Positions 9,519 to 18,786 of a stretch of DNA of 64,000 nucleotides are shown one piece after another; within the stretch, counting starts at the first letter, position 1, and each line of letters opens with the position of its first letter. A model generated the notes under the pieces. It made no database searches. It was not told the origin of the DNA and worked only from the letters and a program-made list of their open reading frames with translations. Origin of the DNA: an uncultured Gammaproteobacteria bacterium (lineage in GTDB: Bacteria; Patescibacteriota; Patescibacteriia; UBA11705; JABHMO01); NCBI GenBank assembly GCA_964590105.1, contig CAZPYM010000002.1:218697-282696 (forward strand), given 5' to 3'. A program made the position numbers and the translations under genes.

Positions 9519-10127
9519 ATGGATTATTCTCACGAACAAAATTTAATCGACCGCGGTTATGAGTTCATTTGTGGAATCGACGAAGCCGGCCGCGGACCCT
9601 TGGCCGGACCGTTAGTTTCCGCGGCGGTAATTTTGGATTCTGATAATTCAGATTTTTTTGATTTGATTAAAGATTCAAAAATGTTGAGCGCCAAAAAGCG
9701 AGATGAAGCGTTTGAACTCATAATTGCCAAGTCAAAATGCTGGGCGATCGGAGTGGTTACAAATTTTGAGCTTGATAAACATGGCTTAGCCTTTGCCAAT
9801 AAAATTGCCATGAAGCGTGCCTGGAAATATCTAAAAATAAAACCAAATTATATTTTGTCAGATTACATGGCAAAAGTATATTTTGAAACGCCATTTGAAC
9901 TGATTGTTGACGGAGACAAAAAAATCTTGTCAGTCGCCGCCGCGTCAATCATTGCCAAGGTTTTCCGTGATCGCATGATGGATGCTTTTGCCCGCAAATA
10001 TCCGGCGTACGGCTTTGAACTGCATCGCGGCTATGGCACGAAATTGCATTTGGAAAAAATTGCCGAGCTTGGGCCTTGCGAGATTCACAGGAAAACATTC
10101 AAACCCATAAAAGCCAAGTTATTTTGA
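9519..10127 (+). CDS. rnhB: Ribonuclease HII
   Basis: GIDEAGRGPLAGP, DSK, AAASIIAKV.RD, GYGT motifs. Confidence 0.95.
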   Translation: MDYSHEQNLIDRGYEFICGIDEAGRGPLAGPLVSAAVILDSDNSDFFDLIKDSKMLSAKKRDEAFELIIAKSKCWAIGVVTNFELDKHGLAFANKIAMKRAWKYLKIKPNYILSDYMAKVYFETPFELIVDGDKKILSVAAASIIAKVFRDRMMDAFARKYPAYGFELHRGYGTKLHLEKIAELGPCEIHRKTFKPIKAKLF

Positions 10128-10214
10128 TTCTTGACAAATCAATCGCAAAAACATAGAATATAAAAACTAGTTCATTTCAGTGTCTTCAGGAAAATAAACC
10201 AAAAGGGGGGCCCA

Positions 10215-10556
10215 ATGTACAGACCGGCGCATGACGTTCTATTTGATCGGATTGACCAGCTTGCCGAGCAAATGATCCAGCTCGCAGAATCCGGAGACGC
10301 TATCGGCGTCAAGGGAGAATTGAAAATCTTTGATCAGTTGTGTTTGGTGATTGAAGAAATGATTGTGCCGGAGCCTGAGCTGTCACGGCTTGTTGGCCGG
10401 TTGAATAGCATTGTCCTCAATCCAAGAGCATCTGATTGCCCGTCTCTGGTAGCCAGAATCAGAACTCTGGCAGCGAATTTGGAAAAGCGTTTCGGCAAGA
10501 AGATCCTCCTGCCATATGTACTAAGAGTTTTTGGAAAAAATGATCATCCTTCATAA
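10215..10556 (+). CDS. Hypothetical protein
   Basis: 113-aa ORF with own TTGACA/TAGAAT promoter and G-rich SD. Confidence 0.55.
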   Translation: MYRPAHDVLFDRIDQLAEQMIQLAESGDAIGVKGELKIFDQLCLVIEEMIVPEPELSRLVGRLNSIVLNPRASDCPSLVARIRTLAANLEKRFGKKILLPYVLRVFGKNDHPS

Positions 10557-10825
10557 TGAACTGGCTTCAGTCTGGGCAAGATTGCGTGATTGTGGTCAAG
10601 CATTATGTCAGGAAAAATTGCTCGTGTGGATTATTTTCTAGAGAGATTTAAAGAATTGAGACGTAATATCAACGAATATTGCAAGGAAAAACAATAAGGA
10701 CAAGCAATCAAATCAAACCCAATCAGATTGGGTTTTTTTGTTTAATTTTAGTTAATGATTGACAATAAATAATATTCGTGCTATTATTAACAGTTATTTG
10801 TAAATTGACAACCAGGAGGGAAGAA

Positions 10826-12217
10826 ATGAAAAAGGTGGCTGTTTGGCTACTTGCTTGTGCGTTTATCGTCGCAGTCGCGGCGGTCATTGGATTCATAGTT
10901 TTATTTTTTCTTGGTCGCAGGGCAACCGAGCAGGAGTGGTCGGACAAGACGGCGCGTGAACGCACGCCCGCTGAAATTCGCGGTCTGATGCAGTCTATGG
11001 TGGAGACGCCGCAAAGTGTGCCGAATTTTGTCCCACAGTCGATGTTGGACGATGATGTTTGTTCGGCGGCTGTTTGCAATGCCGTGAACTTTACCGTCGG
11101 CCGAGAACTGCTGAAGTGCGGCGCGGCTTGGCGGTTTCCGAAAACGAATGAGCAGGCGATCTCCCGCACGGTTTTTGATCGGTCAAAAGATTTTTCAATC
11201 GTAACAAATTCCGACGGCAAGCGCCGGATTGTGGAGGATTACGATCGGAATTTTTGGCTGACCAGTCTCTTGGATCCGAACAAGCTGTACGTTGCCGGAT
11301 ACCATTACCACGATACTCTTCATGACGAAGAAATTGTGGCGGATGGAACCGGCCTCAACAGCCATCTGGCTTGGCTCTTGCCGTTGAAAGACGGACGGCG
11401 GTGGTGCTATCATCTGGTTCACCGGCCGAACCGGTGGGATGAAAATCCATACCGGGTTGAACCCGTTGACGAACTTCCGGATGAGTTCGATCTGATCTAC
11501 ATCTGGGAGCTGAAAGGCATTGTTCTGCCGGAAGCCGGTGACAAGATGGTGCTTGTAAACAGAAGCCTGCCGTTTTCCGAACTGCGGTTCTGGTTGAACA
11601 AAGGGCCGGCGTTTGCCGAGTACTACCTGGACACCGGACTGGTGTGGTTGCGCAATCAGTTTGGGAAATACGAACAGTTCCCGGTTGTGCAGAAGCTGGA
11701 CAACGGATTCATTGACTTTGGCGTAACCGGCAGGTTATACCACGGCACAGTGCTCGGAGCGTATGAGGGCGAGTATTTGCATGCTCATCTTGAATCGACT
11801 CGCGGGAAGTACGGCCTCGAGTATCAGTGCGTGGAATTTGTTAACCGATTTTATTCGCGTGTGCTCGGCCACCGCAATCTGACACAAACTGGACATGCTG
11901 ATTCGTATTTGTGGGAAGCGAACGAAAAGGGTTTGGTTGCCTACATGAATGGCTCAAAAACCAAACCTCAGGTGCACGACCTGCTGATTTTTGACGGAGG
12001 CGACGGCGACGGCGATCCCGGGCACCTGGCAGTTGTGATTTCGGTCAGTGATTCTGAAATCTGTTTTGTGCAGCAGAATTTCTACCGGAATAACGTGCCC
12101 GTGATCCGCGATTGCCTGCCCCTTGCCAAAATCAAAGGCAATTGGTTTGTTGATGCGGCTGATACGGATTACTTGCCGGTGGCGGGTTGGTCCAGAATCA
12201 AGGAATCGAAGAATTAG
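10826..12217 (+). CDS. Membrane-anchored CHAP-domain amidase/peptidase
   Basis: N-terminal TM; C-terminal YQCVEFVNR, GHLAVV, QQN CHAP motifs; AGGAGG SD. Confidence 0.8.
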   Translation: MKKVAVWLLACAFIVAVAAVIGFIVLFFLGRRATEQEWSDKTARERTPAEIRGLMQSMVETPQSVPNFVPQSMLDDDVCSAAVCNAVNFTVGRELLKCGAAWRFPKTNEQAISRTVFDRSKDFSIVTNSDGKRRIVEDYDRNFWLTSLLDPNKLYVAGYHYHDTLHDEEIVADGTGLNSHLAWLLPLKDGRRWCYHLVHRPNRWDENPYRVEPVDELPDEFDLIYIWELKGIVLPEAGDKMVLVNRSLPFSELRFWLNKGPAFAEYYLDTGLVWLRNQFGKYEQFPVVQKLDNGFIDFGVTGRLYHGTVLGAYEGEYLHAHLESTRGKYGLEYQCVEFVNRFYSRVLGHRNLTQTGHADSYLWEANEKGLVAYMNGSKTKPQVHDLLIFDGGDGDGDPGHLAVVISVSDSEICFVQQNFYRNNVPVIRDCLPLAKIKGNWFVDAADTDYLPVAGWSRIKESKN

Positions 12218-12247
12218 TAAAGCGGCTAAAAACAAGGAGGGAGAGAG

Positions 12248-12385
12248 ATGAAGAAGCGTCATGTGTTGTTCTTGGCAGTGATGGTAGCGGTCCTGTTCGC
12301 AGTCAGCGTGGCCAGCGCCGGCGGTGGCGGGGGGTATGATCGCGGTGACGGCGGCTGTGGCTGCAACATTGCGGCCGGTGAGTGA
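12248..12385 (+). CDS. Secreted Gly/Cys-rich peptide precursor, 45 aa, not in ORF track
   Basis: AAGGAGG SD; MKKRHVLFLAVMVAVLFAVSVASA|GGGGGYDRGDGGCGCNIAAGE; terminator follows. Confidence 0.7.
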   Translation: MKKRHVLFLAVMVAVLFAVSVASAGGGGGYDRGDGGCGCNIAAGE

Positions 12386-12399
12386 AGATAGTTTCAAGG

Positions 12400-12435
12400 C
12401 AGACCCCATGCCTCGCATGGGGTCTGTTTTTTTTT
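12400..12435 (+). terminator. Intrinsic terminator
   Basis: CAGACCCCATGC-ctc-GCATGGGGTCTG followed by T9. Confidence 0.85.
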
Positions 12436-12620
12436 GCACGGATTACAGATTTGCAGATTTGATGGCGGCAGGACAAGAAGTCACTTGAGGATTTCGTTAA
12501 ATTAGGGTAGAATGTAGATACAAGACGAATTTACGAGTTTTTACAAATATAACAAATAAACGGAGACAAGATTAATTTGTGATATTTGTTATTATTTGTA
12601 AATTTGTTTTACTTGTTAAT

Positions 12621-15449
12621 ATGAAAAAATACGATCACAAAAAAATTGAACGCAAGTGGCAGAAGTTTTGGGAAGATAACAAGTTTTATCGGGCTGAAGA
12701 CGGTTCACCAAAAGAAAAATATTACTGCCTGATTGAATTTCCTTATCCGTCCGGCGACGGACTGCACGTCGGCCATGTGCGCAGTTATACAGCGCTCGAT
12801 ATTATTGCCCGCAAAAAAAGAATGCAGGGATTTAATGTTTTGTACCCGATTGGCTGGGACGCCTTTGGATTGCCCGCAGAAAATTACGCCATCAAAACAG
12901 GTAAACACCCGACTATTATTACCAAGGAAAATGTAAAAGTTTTCACCAAGCAGATCAAAAGCTTGGGGATCAGCTTTGATTGGTCGCGCGAGATTAATAC
13001 TACTGATTCTGTCTATTACAAATGGACGCAGTGGATATTTCTTCAATTATATAAACATGGTTTGGCTTACAAAAAGAAAATGCCGATCAATTGGTGCCCG
13101 AGCTGCAAAATTGGTTTGGCCAATGAAGAAGTTATTGACGGTAAGTGCGAGCGTTGCGGCGCGGAAACGGAGAAAAGAGAATTGGAACAGTGGATGTTAA
13201 AAATTACCGCTTATGCCGATCGCCTGATTGAGGACTTGGAAACAGTTGAATATCTGGAAAAAATAAAAACTCAGCAGATCAATTGGATAGGACGAAGCGA
13301 GGGCGCGGAGGTGGATTTTCAAGTGAAAAATTTCAAAGATAATATTCGCGTTTTTACCACTAGGCCGGATACTTTGTTTGGCGCCACTTTTATAGTTTTG
13401 TCGCCCGAACATGAGTTGGTCAATGAAATTACAACCAAGGAGCAAGAGGCTGCAGTATTAAAGTATCAGGAAGAAGCGCGAAAAAAATCTGACTTGGAAA
13501 GGACTGAACTTCAAAAAGAAAAAACAGGTGTATTTACCGGCGCTTATGCTATTAACCCGGTTAATAAAAAGGAAATTCCGATTTGGATTGCCGATTATGT
13601 AATGATGAGTTATGGCACCGGCGCTATCATGGCCGTCCCCGCGCATGATGAAAGAGATTGGGCTTTTGCAAAAAAATATAAACTGGCAATTACCCTGGTT
13701 TTAATGCCTTTTATCCGGGCGCAAGAAAAAGACTTGCCGCGAGTAGACAAGAAAACAGTAAAACGAAATAATGTAATCGTTGTTTTAAAGCATTGGGCAG
13801 AAGAAAAATATTATTGTTTGGATTGGAAAAAATTCGGCTGGACTTCTTTTGTGGTCGGAGGAGTGGAAGATGGCGAAGACTTTGAAACAGCAGCCATTCG
13901 AGAAATGAAAGAAGAATCTGGCTATCAAAATATTAGATCAATAAAACGTTTGGGCGGGCAGATCGCCACAGAATTTTTTGCCCGGCATAAAGATGTTAAT
14001 CGCGAGACGATTATCGAGGGTTATTATATTGAACTTCAGGATGGTGAACGTATTTTGCCGGCGGAAGAAGATGTTCAGTATCACGATGGTCTATGGGTGG
14101 ACAAAGACAAAGTAAACACTTTTATTAATTTGGAAAATCATGCTTGGTATTTCGATATATTAATGAAAGGGGAACAGGTTTATTCCGGCGACGGCATCAA
14201 TATTAATTCTGATTTTTTGGATGGCCTAAAAACTGCTGACGCAAAGAAAAAGATTTCAGCTTGGCTAGAAAAAGAAGGGCTTGGCAAAAAATCGACTAAT
14301 TATCATCTCCGCGACTGGGTTTTTTCGCGCCAGCATTACTGGGGCGAGCCGATTCCAATGGTTTATTGCGTTGAGTGCGGCTGGCAGCCGATTGATGAAA
14401 AAGAACTGCCATTAAAATTGCCAATGGTAAAAAAATATGAGCCGACCGACACGGGCGAGTCGCCATTAGCTTCGATCGAAAAATGGGTAAATACAATTTG
14501 TCCAAAATGCAAAGGTAGAGCAAGACGAGAAACTGACACTATGCCAAATTGGGCTGGGTCGAGCTGGTATTTTCTGCGTTATGTTGATCCGGAAAACAAT
14601 GAAAAACTGGCTGACTTGGAAAAATTAAAATATTGGACACCTGTTGATTTGTATAATGGCGGCATGGAACACACAACTCTGCATTTGTTGTATTCCAGGT
14701 TTTGGCACAAATTCTTGTATGACATTGCGGCTGTGCCGACGCCGGAGCCGTATCAAAAGCGCGTTTCGCACGGCATGATTCTGGCGTCTGACAATCAAAA
14801 AATGTCAAAGTCCCGTGGCAATGTGCTGAATCCGGACCAAATTGTCGAAGAATATGGCGCCGATGCTCTGCGTCTTTATGAAATGTTCATGGGGCCGTAT
14901 GATCAGGCGGTGGCCTGGGACACAAATGGTCTGCGCGGTATAAAAAAGTTTTTGGATCGGGTTTGGGCGGCTGAAAACAGAGAAGATGACAAGGGGGTGA
15001 CTGCGCTACTTCACAAAACAATTAAAAAAGTTACTGAAGACATTGATAAAATGCATTTTAACACGGCAGTCGCGGCCATGATGATTCTCCTTAATAAAAT
15101 TCAGGAAGCCGGTTGTTCTAAACAAACATTTGAAAAGTTTTTGATTATGCTCAGTCCTTTTGCCCCGCATCTTGCCGAAGAAAAATGGAGCGCGCTGGGG
15201 AATGAGGCGGGTATTTCTTTGCAAAAATGGCCGCAGTTTGACGAAGCGCTGGTTATTGATGAGCAAATTCAAATTCCGGTGCAAATCAATGGCAAAGTGC
15301 GTGACAAACTTTTGGTCAGCGCAGATATTGTCGAGGAAGAGCTTAAAAAGTTGGCTCTGGCTAGCGACAAAGTGCAGAAACATTTGGCTGAACGGCAAGT
15401 GAAAAAAATTATTTATGTGACAGGCAGGTTGATCAGCATAGTTGTATAA
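12621..15449 (+). CDS. leuS: Leucyl-tRNA synthetase with inserted NUDIX-like domain
   Basis: HVGH and KMSKS motifs, TTRPDT editing domain, GTGAIMAVPAHD. Confidence 0.96.
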   Translation: MKKYDHKKIERKWQKFWEDNKFYRAEDGSPKEKYYCLIEFPYPSGDGLHVGHVRSYTALDIIARKKRMQGFNVLYPIGWDAFGLPAENYAIKTGKHPTIITKENVKVFTKQIKSLGISFDWSREINTTDSVYYKWTQWIFLQLYKHGLAYKKKMPINWCPSCKIGLANEEVIDGKCERCGAETEKRELEQWMLKITAYADRLIEDLETVEYLEKIKTQQINWIGRSEGAEVDFQVKNFKDNIRVFTTRPDTLFGATFIVLSPEHELVNEITTKEQEAAVLKYQEEARKKSDLERTELQKEKTGVFTGAYAINPVNKKEIPIWIADYVMMSYGTGAIMAVPAHDERDWAFAKKYKLAITLVLMPFIRAQEKDLPRVDKKTVKRNNVIVVLKHWAEEKYYCLDWKKFGWTSFVVGGVEDGEDFETAAIREMKEESGYQNIRSIKRLGGQIATEFFARHKDVNRETIIEGYYIELQDGERILPAEEDVQYHDGLWVDKDKVNTFINLENHAWYFDILMKGEQVYSGDGININSDFLDGLKTADAKKKISAWLEKEGLGKKSTNYHLRDWVFSRQHYWGEPIPMVYCVECGWQPIDEKELPLKLPMVKKYEPTDTGESPLASIEKWVNTICPKCKGRARRETDTMPNWAGSSWYFLRYVDPENNEKLADLEKLKYWTPVDLYNGGMEHTTLHLLYSRFWHKFLYDIAAVPTPEPYQKRVSHGMILASDNQKMSKSRGNVLNPDQIVEEYGADALRLYEMFMGPYDQAVAWDTNGLRGIKKFLDRVWAAENREDDKGVTALLHKTIKKVTEDIDKMHFNTAVAAMMILLNKIQEAGCSKQTFEKFLIMLSPFAPHLAEEKWSALGNEAGISLQKWPQFDEALVIDEQIQIPVQINGKVRDKLLVSADIVEEELKKLALASDKVQKHLAERQVKKIIYVTGRLISIVV

Positions 15450-15461
15450 AACATTGAAGAT

Positions 15462-15499
15462 AAAAAGAGGCCCGGTCGCGTGCGCGCGACCGGGCTTTT
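15462..15499. terminator. Bidirectional terminator
   Basis: GCCCGGTCGCG-tgcg-CGCGACCGGGC flanked by A-run and T-run. Confidence 0.8.
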
Positions 15500-15543
15500 G
15501 GCTGTCTGCCATGGCATCACCTCTTGAGGTGTTTGAAATGGCG

Positions 15544-16182
15544 TCAGCTGACAGAAGTAGCGGGTCTGACCCGGATGACAATATCCACAAGTTCAGCCAG
15601 CTTGACGCTCATTTCGTATTCTTCGACCGTTTTCACGGCCTGTTTTTGAAGTTCGTCAGCTTCCGGCGGCTGGCCGCCAGAAGATTCGGACTGAAACGTG
15701 CTATCCGGCTGGCCAAAGACGGCCGCTTCTTTGACCTCGCGAGTTTCGCGATGCTCTGAAGCTTGAGCGCTCTTGTCAGTGAGGCCGGCCGGTCCGCAAA
15801 TAATCTGCGAATTCCTGTCGGCCAAACCGGCCGGTCCACACACGGTCTTCTGTTTGCCGCCGGCAAGGCCGGCGGGACCGCACATGATCTTCTGTTCGCC
15901 ACCGGCAAGGCCGGCAGGTCCGCAAATGATCTTTTGTTCGCCGCCGACAAGCCCGGCCGGTCCGCAAACGATCTGCGAATTTCTGTCGGCCAATCCGGCG
16001 GGACCGCACATGATCTTCTGTTCGCCGCCGACAAGACCGGCGGGACCGCACATGATCCCGTCATGTGCGCGGCTTTCGAGCGCCGCGAGCAATTCGCTGA
16101 TTTTTTCGTAGGATCGTGACATCATGAGGGCAATAAGCGCGAAACGCGCATCTTCTTTTGAAATGTGGGACTCTGCATTCAT
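15544..16182 (-). CDS. Repeat protein with seven 14-aa CGPAGL units; possible multi-core peptide precursor
   Basis: GGAGGAG SD before ATG 16182; [MVI]CGPAGLxxxxQxx x7 with synonymous variation in this frame. Confidence 0.7.
   Translation of the reverse strand: MNAESHISKEDARFALIALMMSRSYEKISELLAALESRAHDGIMCGPAGLVGGEQKIMCGPAGLADRNSQIVCGPAGLVGGEQKIICGPAGLAGGEQKIMCGPAGLAGGKQKTVCGPAGLADRNSQIICGPAGLTDKSAQASEHRETREVKEAAVFGQPDSTFQSESSGGQPPEADELQKQAVKTVEEYEMSVKLAELVDIVIRVRPATSVS
15760..16053 (-). repeat. 42-bp coding tandem repeat x7
   Basis: Two unit types (..GGEQKI and ..DRNSQI), last unit degenerate. Confidence 0.9.
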
Positions 16183-16555
16183 CTTTTTCTCCTCCATTCG
16201 GAGATGAATGATTTTGGGGGCTCATCATTTGAGCCGCTACCAATAAATTTGTTTTCAAGTAACAGTTTTCCTAATTAAATTATATAGTATATTAAGGCAA
16301 AGAAAAGATGTTTTGGGGAAAACTTTTCCTTTGTTTTGTCAAATTGAACAAAATAAACCAAAGGAATTTTATCTAATTGTTATTTGAAAAGTGTTAGTGA
16401 ATTTTGACAGTTAAAAACAAAAATTAGATTTATATTAGAAAAAGATGTCAGCCTTTGCCAACAGAATTGGTGGATAAAAAACAGGATTTGTTGTTAATAA
16501 CTGTTAACACATTTTCTTGTTGTTATGCTACAATAAAGTGGTAATTAGTACAAAT

Positions 16556-17305
16556 ATGTTAACACAGGAACTTCTAAGCATTGGTTTGTCAAATAAAGAA
16601 GCGGAAGTGTATTTGTCAGCGCTGCAGCTCGGATATTCATCAGTTCAGGAAATTGCCGCCAAATCAAGCATTAATCGAACAACGGCCTATACTCATATTA
16701 AAAATTTAATTGGCCGAGGTCTTTTGAGCGCAGTTGAAAAAAATGGCAAAGTTTATTACGTGGCGGAAAGACCGGACAAGCTTCAATATATTTACGAACA
16801 GCAGGAAAAGGAAGTCAAGCGCCGGCGGGAGATGCTCCAAAAAATAATGCCGCAGCTGGAATCAATTTACAACTTGGCCCAAGACAGACCCTCGGTGCGC
16901 TATTATAATTATACTGACAAAAACGATTTGGAATTAATCAGGCGGGAAATTGAGGAATTGCGCGCTGATGAAATATACAATATTTTTAATCAGGATCTTT
17001 TTGCCGATTATATAAACCGCCTGCACGTTCAAAATATTTTGGATTCAGTAAAGAAATTCAAAGTCCTGTACATTTCAAAAAATAAAATCATTGACCGTCG
17101 CGTTCAGCCGCTCGTGCAAGACGAAAAATTTCGTTTGAAATTTTTACCGGAAGCTAAGTTTAATTTTTTGTCTGAAGTGCTGATTGCCAATCAAAATGTT
17201 TACATTGCCGGTAACGGCGCCTGGATGATTATTTCCGATAAATTATTTTCACAAACTTTAACTTTACTGTTCCACGCATTGTGGGGAATAGCGGAAGACA
17301 TATAA
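16556..17305 (+). CDS. TrmB-family transcriptional regulator
   Basis: GLSNKEAEVYLSALQLG..SVQEIA..S.INRTTAY HTH; RPSVRYY linker. Confidence 0.88.
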   Translation: MLTQELLSIGLSNKEAEVYLSALQLGYSSVQEIAAKSSINRTTAYTHIKNLIGRGLLSAVEKNGKVYYVAERPDKLQYIYEQQEKEVKRRREMLQKIMPQLESIYNLAQDRPSVRYYNYTDKNDLELIRREIEELRADEIYNIFNQDLFADYINRLHVQNILDSVKKFKVLYISKNKIIDRRVQPLVQDEKFRLKFLPEAKFNFLSEVLIANQNVYIAGNGAWMIISDKLFSQTLTLLFHALWGIAEDI

Positions 17306-17310
17306 ATTAT

Positions 17311-18054
17311 ATGCTGGAAAAATCTCTGCGCGATTTTGGCCTCACAGACAAAGAAACAAAAGTTTATCTAGCTGCCCTGGAAATGGGAATATCTTCGATC
17401 CAGGAATTGTCCAGAAAGTCAGAAGTTAATCGCGCGACTACCTATATTCAAGTTGAATCCCTAAAAAACAAAGGGTTAGTTAGTGTAATCGAAAAAGATA
17501 AAAAAACTTTGATCATGGCCGAAAAGCCGCAAAGGATTTTGGAGATTTTGGATAAAAGAAAAAATGAAATTGAGTTAATTGAAAAAGGAATTAGCAAGCT
17601 AATGCCGGATTTGGAAGCGATTTACAATGTCAAAGCCGACCGTCCGCGCGTGCGCTTTATGGACACGCAGGCTGGATTTAATTTTTTTCTTGAAGAGATT
17701 ATGAAGCGCCGGCCGGAGGTTATTTTTAATTTATTGCCACAGGCGCATCAGCCGGTGTCGGATATTTTTTGCCGGCTGGTCAAGAAGGTCGGCCAGATAA
17801 AAATCGTCTATATGCTGCCGGAAAATGCAAATGACACCTTCAAAAGATTTTCTAATGTGCATTCCCGCTTTTATAAAATTGACAATTACATGCTGGAAAT
17901 ATTGATGTTCGAAAATCTTGTTGTGATGAACAAGCCTATTTTGCAAGAGAAAAAAAGTACAGCAATCATTATTGAGGACAAAATTTTTTTCCAAAGCTTT
18001 CATACTTTGTTCAATATATTCTGGGACGCCAGTGTGCCAGTTCTAAATGCGTGA
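17311..18054 (+). CDS. TrmB-family transcriptional regulator (tandem paralog)
   Basis: GLTDKETKVYLAALEMG.SSIQELS..SEVNRATTY HTH; RPRVRF linker. Confidence 0.88.
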   Translation: MLEKSLRDFGLTDKETKVYLAALEMGISSIQELSRKSEVNRATTYIQVESLKNKGLVSVIEKDKKTLIMAEKPQRILEILDKRKNEIELIEKGISKLMPDLEAIYNVKADRPRVRFMDTQAGFNFFLEEIMKRRPEVIFNLLPQAHQPVSDIFCRLVKKVGQIKIVYMLPENANDTFKRFSNVHSRFYKIDNYMLEILMFENLVVMNKPILQEKKSTAIIIEDKIFFQSFHTLFNIFWDASVPVLNA

Positions 18055-18114
18055 AAATATAAAACCGGGTTGTTGAAACCCGGCCATTGAGCGGCTTATT
18101 TCGCCCGCATATTG

Positions 18115-18450
18115 TTATCTGCCCAGCTGCGGCAGAAGGATTTTTCTGGTTCCATCGGAAATGGACTTGCACCCAGGGCCGCCGCCAAAGCAGCCAAGTT
18201 TAATGCTCGGTTCGTGTTTTCCCCGCTGGCTGTAGAGGATGTTACCATCCGAGAGATGGACTACTTTTCTTGCGCTGCGTTGACTTAAAATGATTGGTCT
18301 GGCTCCGTCAGTGATTGGTCTGCACCCGGGGCCGCCACCAAAGCAGCCCAGGCTCATGTGAGGGTAGTCACTCAGTCCGTGATTCGTTGCATAGAGAATT
18401 CGTGAATCTTTTTGTGTTTCCGTAAACCTCCAATTCTGATTCATGTTCAT
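18115..18450 (-). CDS. Small protein with two LGCFGGGPGC units; possible peptide precursor
   Basis: GGAGGT SD before ATG 18450; duplicated ILY..LGCFGGGPGC..I[TS]DG.R.I.L.Q. Confidence 0.65.
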   Translation of the reverse strand: MNMNQNWRFTETQKDSRILYATNHGLSDYPHMSLGCFGGGPGCRPITDGARPIILSQRSARKVVHLSDGNILYSQRGKHEPSIKLGCFGGGPGCKSISDGTRKILLPQLGR

Positions 18451-18786
18451 AGCACCTCCGCAACTGTTAATTCTCCCCAGCATAGGGGAAGCAAATTAAC
18501 CTAAAAGTATAGCAAGCAATGAAACTTTTGTCAAGCCTTGGAGTATAATAAGTTAATAGCAACCTGCTTAAATCAGCAGTTTTTTTTTGCTAAATTTGGT
18601 GTGAAGTGTCTTATTTTAGGCAAAGTTTGTCAGCAGGTCTTGACAAATTTTATTATCCTTGATACAATGTTTGGTATTTTGTTTAGCGGCAATGCTTGTC
18701 TTGCTAAACCTGATAATTGTTTTTCAGTCGGGTCTTCTGACCAATAAGGTCAGAAGGCTACTCGGATGAATAATTAGAAGGGAAAA

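Noticed and set aside
12341-12349. RGD in the secreted peptide as an integrin ligand
   Set aside because: A tripeptide match arises easily by chance in Gly-rich sequence, and nothing indicates a eukaryotic host.
15760-16053. 42-bp periodic repeat as a CRISPR array
   Set aside because: Units are contiguous with no unique spacers, keep codon phase, and there are no cas genes in the window.
15633-16119. Overlapping alternative-frame ORFs across the repeat
   Set aside because: They are open only because the GC-rich repeat lacks stops; the CGPAGL frame has the SD and invariant residues.
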